Source: Lama guanicoe (taxonomy: Eukaryota). Taken from it: a DNA stretch of 64,000 nucleotides. Positions 38,859 through 51,590 of the stretch are shown here, piece by piece (position 1 is the stretch's first letter; each line of letters begins with the position of its first letter). Location: positions 19,486,819-19,550,818 of the forward strand of contig MU054323.1 of assembly GCA_013239625.1 (NCBI GenBank), read 5' to 3'. Both the position numbers and the translations under genes were made by a program. The notes under the pieces were generated by a model. The model was not told where the DNA came from and searched no databases. It saw nothing but the letters and a program-made list of their open reading frames with translations.

Positions 38859-40304
38859 ATATGACGCACATCTCTGTCTCCTATAAAGGTCCCCCTGGAG
38901 ATTGCTCACAACCTGTCCTGTAGATTGCTCACACTTGATCTCGCCTCCTTTTCCCAACTTAAGGTTTCCTACTCAAGAGGAATTTTGATTTTCTGACCCC
39001 AAACTCTTCTCAGCCTGATACCAAGGAAAGGCAGGTAGGAATCCATGCATGTGCTGGCATTGGTGGAGAGAAGCCAAGAGTACAGAGACCACCTTGTGAG
39101 GAAAGCAGGGCAGGGGAAAGGCTCTTTGGCCATAACTTTAATGACAAAACCTCCCCAAATCCCTTTTAAATACAGCGAGATACATCCTTCCCTGCATATT
39201 TCTTTTCCTTTAAGCACAGCTTGCGTAGCTAAGGGCAGGGTGGGCTTCCAGCTTCAGAACACAGGGCTATTATTTCATGGGGCCACAGGCGGCCGTCTTT
39301 CTTTTTAAAAGAAGTTCAATCTTCTTTCATTCACTCACAGCATGAAAATAAATTACTGTGCTTGAGCATTTTAAAAATTAAAGGCTTAGATGGCACACAA
39401 CTGATCTTCAAGTAGTTGAAATGGTTTCCATCAGCTACTACATTTTTTAAGTTGTCTTTTTCATTTTTCTTTGATTTACTTCATGTGGCATTATGTAGGT
39501 GCAGTGGACTGAAATGCATCTCATATTCCAAATCAGCTAGGATGCTAAACTCCATTCCTTTTGGATACATTTGGAATAGAAAGATGGAGTGGAACATACT
39601 GGAGGTAAAAGTCAGGGACCTAGCTAAGTGACTCGTCCTTCATATGTTTCAGGTTCAACAACTCAAATAAATTAGAGTCATTCTCTGAATTTGCTTTCCA
39701 AAGTTCCAGACTTCCAGAACATCTTGGCAATAAAAGAGGACCTAGAATTTCTCAGCCAGTTTTCACACTTTTTACATCGTTCATTGAACCCGACTACTGT
39801 CTTCTGATTTAACACACTGAACTGAAACCACACAGCCAGGTGTTATGACTCTCAAGTTTGTGTCTTCAGTTTCTAACACTCACCTGAGGTCTAGGCCCAT
39901 CTCTCTAACTACCCACTAAATATTTCACTCTGGGTGTCCCACATCCAGCTTAAGGCAACTTAAGCTCATTGTGTCTAATCTCAGTCCTGGTCACCTCGGC
40001 CCCATCTCCTAAACCTGCTCTTCCTTCCTGCAATCATGCCATTTAATGGCAAAACTATCCACTTAATTACATAAACCCAAACCCCAAGCGTCGCATGATA
40101 CCCCATCCTTTATGTATGATTGATCATGAAGTCCTACTATGTCTACTACCTAATAAAGCTGTTCCTTCTCTTCTCTCCAGCTATACTGACACTGCCTTTT
40201 CCCTGGAACTGTTGAAACAGCCTTCAACTATCTACCTTTCCCCATGTTTAATGTTCTCCTTTTTATCCTTCACATTCAAAAATACAGAACTGATCACATC
40301 CTTG

Positions 40305-41120
40305 ACACCACAATCACAGTATATAAAAGGAAAGATTAATAAATTGGACTCATCAAAATGTAAAACTTTTGTTCTGGAAAAGATCCTGTTAAGAGGGTGA
40401 AAAGACAAACTATGGACGGGAAGAAAGTATTCACAATCATGTGTCCAACAAAGGACTTGCAGGGTTTCATCTAGAATACATAAAGAACTCTCAAAACTTA
40501 ACATTAAAAAAGCCAACCAATTCAACTCAAAAATAATCAAAAGACATGCACAAACATTGCATGGAAGAGTAAATACAGATGGCAAATAAGCACATGAAAA
40601 GGTGTACAATGTCATAAGTCATTGGAAAAATGCAAACTAAAACTATAATATGATGTAACCACACCTACCAGAATTGCTAAAATTAAAAAAAAAAAAGTGA
40701 TAACACCAAATCCGGGGGAAGATGTGGAGAAACTGAATCGCTCATGAGAATGTCAAATGGTAGAGCCCCTCTGGAAAATAGTTTGACATTTCCTTTTAAA
40801 ACTAAAAATGGACTTATGCCAAAAGACCCAGCAATTGCACTCTTGGGCATATATAGCAGAGAAATAAAAACTTGTTTTCACACAAAAATTTAGACACAAA
40901 TGTCATAGCAACTTTATTTGCAATAACCAAAAACTACCCAAATGCTCTTCAGTAAGTGAATGGTTGAACAGACAGCCCGTGGAATACTACTTAGCAATTA
41001 AAAAGGAATAAACCATTAAACAAGAAGGATCCTCAACAAAATGATGTTGGGTGAAAAAAAGTTTATGTCAAAAGGATGTATCTTGCATGATTCAATGGAT
41101 GTGAAATTTATGAAATGAAG
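40305..41120 (+). mobile_element. L1MB/MC-like 3' region
   Basis: aaattggactcatcaaaatgtaaaacttttg...gacccagcaattgcactcttgggcat. Confidence 0.75.
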
Positions 41121-41121
41121 T

Positions 41122-41261
41122 AGGCCCACCCTTCTCCAGTTTGAACTCATTTTAACTGATTACACGAGGAATAACTGTTTCCAAGTAAGGCCACGTTCTG
41201 GGTTACTGGGGGTTAGCATGTCAACACACGAATTTGGGAGGAAAACAATTCAACCTGTAAC
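41122..41261 (-). mobile_element. MLT1A/B-like LTR fragment
   Basis: Minus strand starts tgttacaggttgaattg; ttccaagtaaggccacgttctgggttactggggg. Confidence 0.65.
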
Positions 41262-42717
41262 ACCCAGGAAGCACTAGTAACGAAGAAAACTGTTCCTTCT
41301 TCTGTATGAATGAATAGACAGTCTACATGTCAGTAGTGTGCCTGGTAGCGGAGGGCGCACAGAATGTGAAGTGGAAACTGACTGGGACTTGCCGTGAAGA
41401 TTCTCATGCTCATCACATAAGGAGATATTTAACAACCACACAAGTGTGCTTAACACGCTATTAGCAGATGTTTGATGGCTTGCCAAATATGCAGGTTGGA
41501 ACATTCTGCAATAATCATATTCCAGTCTATAGTTGACTCACCTCGTAGTTGGCTTAGAGTCATAAATTAGCTACAAAATTTTTCACAGTGAAAAAAATAC
41601 TTACTGAGAACAAGCCAGAGTTGGTAAATAATTCACTCAGCTTTTATAAGAGCCAAATTGCTTAATCCAGGCATTGTAACCAATTGTGGCCGGGCATTGG
41701 GAGAAAAAAGTGGATGTGGCCATTCTGAACATGGCCTAGGAATTGTTTAGTGGCTTTTGGGGACAGAAAGCAGGGATGAAACAGACTCTCTCCAAGGAAA
41801 TCCTCTGCACAGTCCTCCATCTCCAACAACCCAATCCATTCACATATGTTCATGTGCATGAGTCAGCCTAACCAGTTCCTGGGCACCAAATCTGAAGTTG
41901 TCGCCCGATAACTTTCAGTATCTGCTATCTTCTGTATCTTAGAGCCTCAAACTAAACTTCCATTATAACATCCTATATGTAAACATGTTTATTTTCTGCT
42001 GCATTGATATAGAATCATCTTTCCTTTTTAGAAACATCCATCACCAATTTTAGAAGTTTAAATTTGTATCAAGATGTTACAAGAGCTATCCATTTGGGGA
42101 AAAATTAGAATATGGAGAGGTTTTATGGGAACATGCCAAGTGAGAGAGGGCCTGGCTGATATACAGGAAATAGACTTGCAGAGATGACAAGAAATGACAT
42201 TCCAAGGAAAGTGAATCGTGTGACTGACGTCAGTGTGTCATGAGTGGTAGAGCTCAGCCATGGAGCCTGGAGCCCACTGAGGGTTCCTCGTTGAAAGAAG
42301 GAAACAAACCTAAGTGGGACAGAGATTGAAACATCAATCAGAAAACAAGAGATGGCTGAAGAAGGGGCTTGAGTCCAAACCCTTAATCTGCAGAGCAGCA
42401 GAAATCCAGGCTGGCATCAGTATCCAAGAGATCCAATCTGAGGGAAGCAATTTAGATTCTTGGCACAAGGTGGACACCCAAGTCACAGAGTAGGATGGTC
42501 TAAGTCTGGAAAAGATACTGAGTGGGGACAGTTTTGTGCCTTAGTGATGGAAACTCCACACACTCTAGATTATGTGGGACAGAAAGTTTCTCTCCTCCGA
42601 GTCCGAGCTGGAAGGGTGGACCCAAGTTGCTCAAGCTGCCTGAGATGGAACCGGGGGGAACCTTGGGAAAGGGGCATGACACCAGCAGCACAGACAAGTA
42701 CATGTGGAAAGACGACA

Positions 42718-42765
42718 TCCATCGTCATCCTCACCAGCATCACCACCATCATCACCACCACCACT
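42718..42765. repeat. Imperfect (CAC/CAT)n trinucleotide repeat at a MIR tail
   Basis: catcgtcatcctcaccagcatcaccaccatcatcaccaccaccac, followed by a minus-strand MIR to ~42990. Confidence 0.8.
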
Positions 42766-43323
42766 GTCACTAACACTCAGAGAGCATTTACCTTTTATCA
42801 GGCATTTTTTAAAGCACTTTACACAATGTTAATTCATATACACCTTACAGTAACCTTTTAATATCTTTTTTACAGATGAGGAGACTGAGCAAAGAGAGGT
42901 TAAGTAACTTGTCCAAGATCGCCACTTGAAAAGCAGTAGACCTGGGATTCTCTGAACTTGAGAATGACCAGCTATCTGAGCAGACTCCTAGTCTATTTAC
43001 CAAGCTGCCTGGACAGCATGCCTGGTGTGCCTGACCCACAGGCACAGGGGAGAAGCCCATGGGTGCACAGTGCTGGAAGGGAAGCTGCAGAAATGAGCAG
43101 CAAGCACTTCAGAGTCCTGTAATTCTGCCCCCAGGGGAAGCGTGAGCCAGGGGCTATTTCAGACACTGGCTAGTGAAATGAGCTATTTCCTTTTCAACAA
43201 GGAGTAGTGAGTAATAGATTAGAGGTAAAAATACTAAGATAGCAATGGAAGGACCTCCTACTCTGTAGAGATTATGACACCTCCTGACCTGACACAAATC
43301 AGTCACTTAAGAAGTGATCATTA

Positions 43324-43451
43324 GTGGGGTGAGTATAGCTCAGTGGCAGAGCGCATACGTAGTATGCATGAGATTCTGGGTTCAATCCCCGGGACCTCCA
43401 TTAAAGATAATAATACTAAATAGTAAATAAATAAAATTTTTTTTAAAAAAA
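43324..43451 (+). mobile_element. tRNA-Ala-derived SINE (camelid vic-1 type) with 15-bp TSD
   Basis: A-box tagctcagtggcagagc, B-box gggttcaatccc, A/T-rich tail; TSD AAGAAGTGATCATTA at 43309-43323 and 43452-43466. Confidence 0.9.
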
Positions 43452-45440
43452 AAGAAGTGATCATTAATAGTAGTGTATGCTGGCGTTAATAGGAAAAGAC
43501 TCTGAAAAATAAGAGACCTAAAACTTCTCTCGCCTCTGTTTTCCCCCCTTATTTATGAGACCATAAGGGACAGTGGGAGCTATAAATCCTACCTTCCCCC
43601 AAAGCAGATGTCCCTTTGCTGTGTCCCTCCAGCCCTGGGGTGTGCCCCTTCTTTGAGACTTCTGATTCAGTAAAATGATAGCTCGAAGGTCCAGCACAGT
43701 GGTCACCTTCATGATACACAAAGAAAATCATGACTTCCAAATTATTTGCCAAAAACAAAATAAAAACAGTAACTACTATCTCCTGTTATAAACATGGCCC
43801 TAGTGGAGTAACTGAAGGGCCAAGGAAAGATGTGAGATGCATAGAATCCACTTGAATACCTTATGTGTCCTGGCCCTGCCAGTTAGGGGAAATGAAGAAA
43901 AGAATTAAGGATAAACTCAAACCTTAAACTGGTAATTGATTCCTATTTAGTGATGAAGCAACCTGGGTAAGAGTTAACAGAATTTCATCTACCCACATCA
44001 AACAGTAAAGTTGAAATATGTCACATAAGAATTAAGGTCTGAACTTGGACTCCAGGCACTTAGGCTGAAAAAAAAAAATGGCACTTACAGATCAGGGTCC
44101 TGGGCAAACTTGAATGTGGCCATAAGGAAAACCTCCCCCAATGACTACAGCCCCAGATCTTGCCCCAGCTCCAAATCGCTGGTCAGTCAGCCTTCTCAGC
44201 CTGCTGAGAAGTACCCTCAGTCCGCTGAGGTGGTGACCCTATTCTCAGTGGGTAAGGGTTTCTTTAATGCCTGGAAGACGGAGAGAGAGATAAAGATGAT
44301 AAAGTAATCAAATCCATGGTATCAATATTTTTAAACTGCTTAGAAAATCTGGTACATCAAAGCATTTGACAGATTAAAATATGTAACCAAATAAAACATG
44401 CCATTAAATAGTTGATTTTTAGACTCATGGTTTAAGTTAAAAGGTATAAATCTATCTGCCTATGTTTGTATATACTATTAGAAGATATAAAAGAACTTGA
44501 GATTTACAATATTTATGAATCTTATTTATTAAGTTAGCTAGAGCATTTTAAGTACTTCGAAGAAATTTACTTGCTATAGGCGTTTAGTTCTTAAGAAGAG
44601 CAAATCCATTAAAGTTTAAAGTATTTAAAGGACTAATTAATCAAGTTAATGAATAAATTCTTTTACAGTCATTGGTAACATTTACTAGATTTAAAAGTAG
44701 AATAATAATTAGGAGTTGAATGTAACTGTTCAATTTTAAAAAATGCTGGTTTATAATTTGAACACATTAAATTCTCATTTTAAAGACAAAAGTACCTGAA
44801 AATAATCTTTTCTGTGAATGACATCAGCCCCCAGTACCACTAAAACACACATGACATTTCTGATTTTGTGTTTCCTTTGATTCTGGGTTCTTGGCATTTG
44901 GTCTTTTACAGAACATAACCCTGATCCATAAAGAACCAGCTGTCTTCAGAAGGAGGAAAAACCATTTACTTGTCAAATGTGAATCTATTTCCTTACTATA
45001 TTTAATCTCCAGGAATGGCCTCATAAAATAATAAAAGTCTCAGTTCAAATTAGCATCTGATACTTCATTCCATTATCAAAAACCATTACTACATAATTTA
45101 TTGGCCTACAGAAAGGAAACTCCTTTTCTATTTGGTCTTCAGCTCTAGGGAGATCAAATTCTGGTTGTATGTATCTCCATCAATATTAATCAAAATTACA
45201 CAGAGACTCACTCCCTGTCTATAGAATTTTCTATGAAGATTAAAACACATGGTTGCAGAACCAGTTGTAAATATTTACAACTTGGGACCTATTGAAGTGT
45301 AGCTGACAAAAGATGGAACCGAGAGGAAGGGAAGAAATGTGCAGAATGTGGTAGAAAGGGTAACATCATAAGGTGAGGAGTCAGAAATAATTGAGCTATT
45401 ACTGAAGCTGAAGGATCAGAAATAGAGCTTTAGGTATATT

Positions 45441-47833
45441 TTTATTGAAGTATAGTTGCTTTACAACGTTTCAAGTGTATAGCAAAGTGTTTCAGTTGTA
45501 CATACATACATATACATATACATATACATATATCCTTTTGCAGATTCTTTTCCATTATAAGTTATTACAAGATATTGAATATAGTTCCCTGTGCTATACA
45601 GTAGATCCTTGTTGTTTATCTGTTTTATATATAGTAGTTTGCACCCACTAATCCCAAACTCCTAATTTATCCATTTATCCCCCACCTCATGTTCCCCTTC
45701 GGTAACCATAAATTTGTTTTCTGTCTGTGAGTCTGTTTCTGTTTTGTAAATAAGTTCCTTTGTATCATTTTTTTTATGTTCCACATGTAAGTGATTTATG
45801 ATATTTGTCTTTCTCTGCCTGACTTACTTCACTTAGTATGATAATCTCTGGGTCCATCCATGTTGCTGCAAATGGCATGGTTTCATTCTTTTTTATGGCT
45901 GAGTAATATTCCGCCACATCTTCCTTATCCAATCATCTGTCAATTTTTCATTTAGGTTGCTTCCATGTCTTGGCTTTTATAAATAGTGCTGTTATGAACA
46001 TTGAGGTGCATGTGTCTTTTTGAACTAGAGTTTTCATCTTTTCCAGATATATGCCCAGGAGTGGGATTGCTGGATCATACAGTAACTCTATTTTTTTAGT
46101 TTCTTTAAGGAACCTCCATACTGTTTTCCATAGCAGCTGCACCAATTTACATTCCCACCAACAGTGCAGGAGGGTTTCTTTTCCTCCATACCCTCTCCAG
46201 CATTTACTATCTGTAGACTTTTGATGCTGGCCATCCTGACCAGTGTGAGGTAATACCTCAATGTAGTTTTGATTTGCATTTGTCGAATAATTAGTGATGT
46301 TGAGCATCTTTTTATGTGCCTGTTGTCCATATATATGTCTTCTTTGGAGAAATGTCTACTTAGATCTTCTGCCCATTTTTTGACTGGGTTGTTTGTTTTC
46401 TTGTTATTGAGCTGTATGACCTGCTTATATATTTTGGAGATTAATTCCCTGTCAGTCGCATCATTTGCAAACATTTTCTCCCATTCCATAAGGTTATCTT
46501 TCTGATTTGCTGTGCAAAAGCTTTTAAGTTTAATTAGGACTCATTTGTTTATTTTTGTTTTTATTTCCATTACTCTAGGAGACGGATCCAAAAAAATATT
46601 GTATCCAAAATATTGCAATTTTTGCCAAAGACCATTCTGCTTATGTTTTCTTCTGGGGTTTTATAGTATCTGATCTTACATTTAGATATTTAATCCATTT
46701 TGAGTTTATTTCTGTGTGTGGTGTTAGAGAATGTTCTAATTTCATTCTTTTACAGGTAGCTGTCCAGTTTTTTCAACACCACTTATTGAAAAGACTGTCT
46801 TTTCTTCATTGTATATTCTTGCCTCCTTTGTCATAGGTTAATTGGCCATAATTGCATGAGGTTATTCCTGGACTTTCTATCCTGTTCTATTGATCTATAG
46901 TCTATTTTGTGCCAGTATCATACTGTTTTGATTACTGTAGCTTTTTAATATAGTCTGAAGTCAGGGCACCTGATTCCTCCAGCTCCATTCTTCTTTCTCA
47001 AGATTGTTTTGGCTATTCCAGCTCTTTTGTGTTTCCATGCAAATTTTAACAGTTTTGGTTCCAGTTCTGTTGAAAATGCCGTTGGTAATTTGATAGGGAT
47101 TGCACTGAATGTGCAGATTGCCTTGGGTAGTATGGCCATTTTAACAATATTAATTCTTCAATCTAAAAGCACGGTATATCATTCTATCTGTTTGTGTCAT
47201 CTTCAGTTTCTTCCATCAGTGTCTTATAGTTTTCAGAGTACAGATCTTTTGCCTCTTTAGGTATGTTTATTCCTAGGTATTTTATTCTTTTTGATGTGAT
47301 GATAAATGGGATTGTTTCCTTAATTTCTTTTTCTGACAGTTCATTGTTAGTGTATAGAAATGCAACTGATTGCTGTATATTAATTTTCTATCCTGCAACT
47401 TTACTTAATTCATTGATAAGCTCTAGTAGTTTTCTGGTAGCCTCTTTAAACTGTGTATAGTATCATGTCATCTGCAAACAGTGACAGTTTTACTTCCTTT
47501 GCAGTTTGGATTCCTTTTATTTCTTTTTCTTCTTTGATTGCTATGGCTAGGACTTCCAAAACTATGTTGAATACAAGTGGTGAGGGTGGGCATATTTGTC
47601 TTATTCCTGATCTTAAAGGGAATGCTTTTAGCTTTTCACCACTGAGTATGACTTAGCTGTGGGTTTGTCATATATAGCCTTTATTATGTTGAGGTATATT
47701 CCCTCTATGCCCACTGTCTGGAGATTTTTATCATAAATGGATATTGAATTTTATCAAAAAGCTTTTTTTGCATCTATTGAAATGATCATATGGTTTTTAT
47801 TCTTCAATTTGCTAATGTGATATATCAATCACA
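45441..47833 (-). mobile_element. 5'-truncated, relatively young LINE-1 (ORF2 C-terminal part plus 3'UTR), disrupted
   Basis: Minus-strand ORF fragments are L1 ORF2-like ([22 protein letters not shown]...; [41 protein letters not shown]). TSD TTAGGTATATT at 45430-45440 and 47834-47844. Confidence 0.92.
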
Positions 47834-48107
47834 TTAGGTATATTATTTAAAGTTATCAAAGTAACCAATAAAAGAACTAAAATTGTAAGTATAAATTATA
47901 CACATATATACAGATACATGTATGTTTGTGCATGTGTATGTATCCAAAAACATTAGGAAGAGGATAGGAGAAAAGAATAGTCTTTAAGCAACATTATCTT
48001 TCACATCAAAGAGAAATTATACTTATTATGTATAATAAATATATACTATATATTACAAATCAAAACAAAAAACAAAAAACAACAACCTGGCACACATACC
48101 TGGATCA

Positions 48108-48422
48108 TCACTGTTCAGTTTGGTAGCCACCAGCCACATATGGCTGGTGAGCACTTAAAATAAATCTAATCCAAATTGAAATGTGCTGCAAGTATAAAAT
48201 ACACAACAGATTTTGAAAAAAATAGAAAAATGTGAAATATCTCATTAATAAGCTCTATTTGATTATATGTTGAAATGACAATATTTTGGATAAACTAGGT
48301 TAAATAAAACATATTAACAAAATAAGCTTTCTAAGTGCATTTTCACTTTTTCATGTGGCTATTAGATAATTTAAAATTATAGGTATGGCTCATGTTAAAT
48401 TTTTTAGACAGAACTACTCTAG
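48108..48422. mobile_element. MER33-like hAT-Charlie element
   Basis: ggtagccaccagccacatatggctggtgagcacttaaa...gtataaaatacacaacagatttt...atgtggcta. Confidence 0.75.
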
Positions 48423-49199
48423 AGTTTTAGCACTGAACATCAGAAGAACTGGAAATACAAATAAAGGAGTTGGCCTCAGGGAAACTTAGGGGAAGAGATA
48501 AATGCGGCAGGAGCCACTTGCTTTTATCAGTAACTCTTCTATACAATTCAAATTATCTTAGGCATATGATGCTTTGCAGACAATTTGAAATGTTTAAACA
48601 AATGTAAGATAAAAGAGTAAAATATTATAAAGAGGGAAAATAATGAGACCATAGATAAAGGCTTTTTAAAAATAAACATGGAACAGCACCAGCCGGAAAG
48701 GCAGGGAATGTAGTTGGACAGTGTTCACGGGCAGGACGGAGTCACAAAGCCTCTCCATGGGTCAGTGTGACAGCTTAGGGATCATTGTGGGCAGGTCTTT
48801 GTCAGTAACATTCATGAACAGAGCATTCATTCATTCATTTTCAGTTCATCCTAGTCTCCGGTTCTCATTCTTATAATGACTAGTAAGATTTCACTTCTCT
48901 CTGCCCTGCAGAATGACAGCCAAAGCATATTCAGTACTGTCATAGAAATCACAAGGTCTTTACCAATTTCCTGATGGCTCTTAGCACCCAGAGTGACATA
49001 ATGTCCCAAGTCAGCACCTCCCTCATAAGTCTCTCTTTACCAGCAGGAAATTCAGTAATTCTAAAAGAATCCTCCTTCATCAAGCTCTCAATTGCAGAGA
49101 ATTAAGTGTGTCTACCTCTGAGTCCATAAGATTTGGGCCTTTTAATGCTTTCTTGCATTGTTGACACAGTACCCCAGTGCCTAACAGTAAGAAGGTCAA

Positions 49200-49800
49200 G
49201 TCACCCAGTAAATGAATTTATGCAACAAATATTTTTGAGGACCTGCTTGTGCTGGGCTCTGTTCTAGGTATGAGGGATAGCAACGAGCGAAACAATATTC
49301 TCTGCTCTCTTGGGACTTACATTTTAGTGGGAGAGACAAATAACAAACAAGCAAACAAACACATACATGAGATAATGTTTAGTGATTATAAGTGCTCTTT
49401 TATATTTTCATCATTGCATAAGAAAAAGATGCAGATCGGTGGAGTAGAGGGTGATGGGATGGGGTGAGGAGGTGACTATTTGTAGGGAATTCTTACTGAG
49501 GAAGTGACATTGGAGGAACCACTTAGATGATAGAAAGGATCCAGCTATGCAAAAATCAGAGAGGAAGGGAGATGTTCCGTGTAATGAATGACAATGTCAA
49601 AGCACTTCAAATGGGAATGAACTCAGAGAGGTCAAAAAAAGCAAGAAGGCATGTGGGGCTGGAAGAGTGAGTGATAAGGAGAGGGAGGAAACTGAGATCC
49701 AGCAAACCTCCGATCTCATGGGGCCCTGTGGGCCATGGTAAGGACTTTATATTTTACTCCAAATAGTATGAACTCTATGAGACGGTTTGGAGCAGAGTAT
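49200..49800 (-). mobile_element. LINE-2 fragment
   Basis: caacaaatatttttgaggacctgcttgtgctgggctctgttctagg...gggccatggtaaggacttt. Confidence 0.7.
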
Positions 49801-50939
49801 GAATTGGCAGGACTTTTGACTTCCTGATTTTCTTGTAGAATTATAAGCAAATAGTCAAAAGATCTTTCCCTCTTGACTTTCTCCACTCTTAAGGATGGTA
49901 AAAGGAAAGGATTAAATCAATCAGAATTATTTATTCAGCATAAACTTGGAATCATCCCGGATCAACAAAGAGCTAACTGACTACTTACAGGATTGCATCA
50001 CTCTCCACCGCTCTGTGCCATTTATAGGAGAACTGAGGTTTCACATCCAGTGTCTTCAAAGTTAATGAACATTTATGGAGCCCTTTCTGTAGACCAGCCC
50101 TGTGCCAGGCACTTGTCTACATCAGCCTCATAACAACCCTGTGATAGCGGTAAGATTATCCCATTCCATATTTGAAGAAACAGGCTTGGAGATTAAATGA
50201 CTTGTCTAAGATTTTAAGGCGATAAGTGACAGAGCCTAGAATCATGCCCAGCTTTCCACATCACGTTGTCTTTTTTATAGCCCTCTTATCAGCCATAATG
50301 GGGTTTTCTAGCATTTTAAAAGACAAATATCAAAATGAATAATCTACTTGGAGGTAAATAGTGGTAATTGCTGTCAGTTCCTGACAGTAAAATAGAGATT
50401 CAGCAAAGGAGGATAATTTGCTAGCAATTATGCACTTGTAGTGGCCAAGCCGGATAATTATTAGATTTTCCCAAATGTTTCTATGGTTATCCAACCCCAT
50501 CTTTGAAAATTCAAAAGCAGAAAGACATAAATTAAACCTAAGAATGAGAATGGATTTCAAAGTAATAAAGGTTAATTAAGCTCTAGATATGCTCACCCAA
50601 GAAAAAAAGTGCATAGCATCTGCAAAAATGAGAATATTCAAAGGACGCTTCCCAAGTAGAGATGTGGGGGAGCATATTATGAAGCAGAGACAGCAACTGA
50701 GTGGGTGGATGGACATGGATGAGCAGGAAGCCTGGTACCATCCCAGGCTAGCACATCGATTCTGTTGAGTAATTAAGGTTCCTACAGATTAGTCATTACA
50801 AACTGTTCACCAGGACACACTGTTCTCTAAATTGAAAGTGTGCTTAGCTTGTGTTTTGCCTGTGATTTCTCAATAAGATTTGTGTCATATTGATCGGGGC
50901 ATATCAATCTTAAAGCTGGTGAAAAAAATGTATGATATT

Positions 50940-50945
50940 TTTATT
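50940..50945 (-). terminator. Distal polyadenylation signal AATAAA
   Basis: TTTATT on + strand; minus strand reads cttAATAAAaatatcatacatttttttcacc. Confidence 0.45.
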
Positions 50946-51447
50946 AAGACTTAGAAAAATAATATATTGTATATGGCTATTCATACCACTCCGTTCAAGC
51001 AATGTCACTGTAGCAAATGGAGAGGAAAATTCTATTACAGTAGAACATGCTTTACTGCACCAACATTTTCCTTTTGATTTTAAGCTACACTGGAAAACAA
51101 ACTGGACCCTTCAGGAATCATTTGTTTCAGCATTTGGAAAAGGGATTGATTTTTAACACTGGAGCATATAATCAAGTTTTAGAAACATTCAAATCAAAAT
51201 GATTTTTTGAACGGCAATTTGTCAGTGTTTCATTTGTCCAACCTCTGAATATTAAATTTTGTAAGTTTTTTCCTTGATCCTGTATCTCTTATATACAGTC
51301 ATTTCCTTTCGAGTTACTTCATTATTTTAAAATTGCCAACTTACCATGATTTTTTCTTTCCTATTCCACTTACAAAATTAAAATACCTATGTAATAAGGT
51401 AAACAAATCGGGAAGGTTTCTTTTTATTTTAATTGCATAATTAAAAT

Positions 51448-51590
51448 GGGGGGGAGGGAATAGCTCAGTGGTAGAGTGTGTGCTTAGCATGCATAAGGTC
51501 CTAGGTTCAATCCCCAGTACCTCCATCCAAAATAAGTAAATAAATAAATAAACAAACCCAATCATGTCTCCCCCTCTCCAAATTTTTCTT
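51448..51590 (+). mobile_element. tRNA-Ala-derived SINE (vic-1 type)
   Basis: gggagggaatagctcagtggtagagtgtgtgcttagcatgcataaggtcctaggttcaatccccagtacctcca followed by (TAAA)n. Confidence 0.9.

Noticed and set aside
42460..42861. Poly-His and poly-Thr ORFs
   Set aside because: Produced by a (CAC/CAT)n simple repeat at a MIR tail.
43324..43400. Apparent tRNA-Ala genes (also at 51448, 57044 and 59300)
   Set aside because: Degenerate stems, A-rich tails and TSDs show they are SINEs, not tRNA genes.
45948..47139. ORF2-like ORFs as functional genes
   Set aside because: Frameshifted fragments of a 5'-truncated L1.
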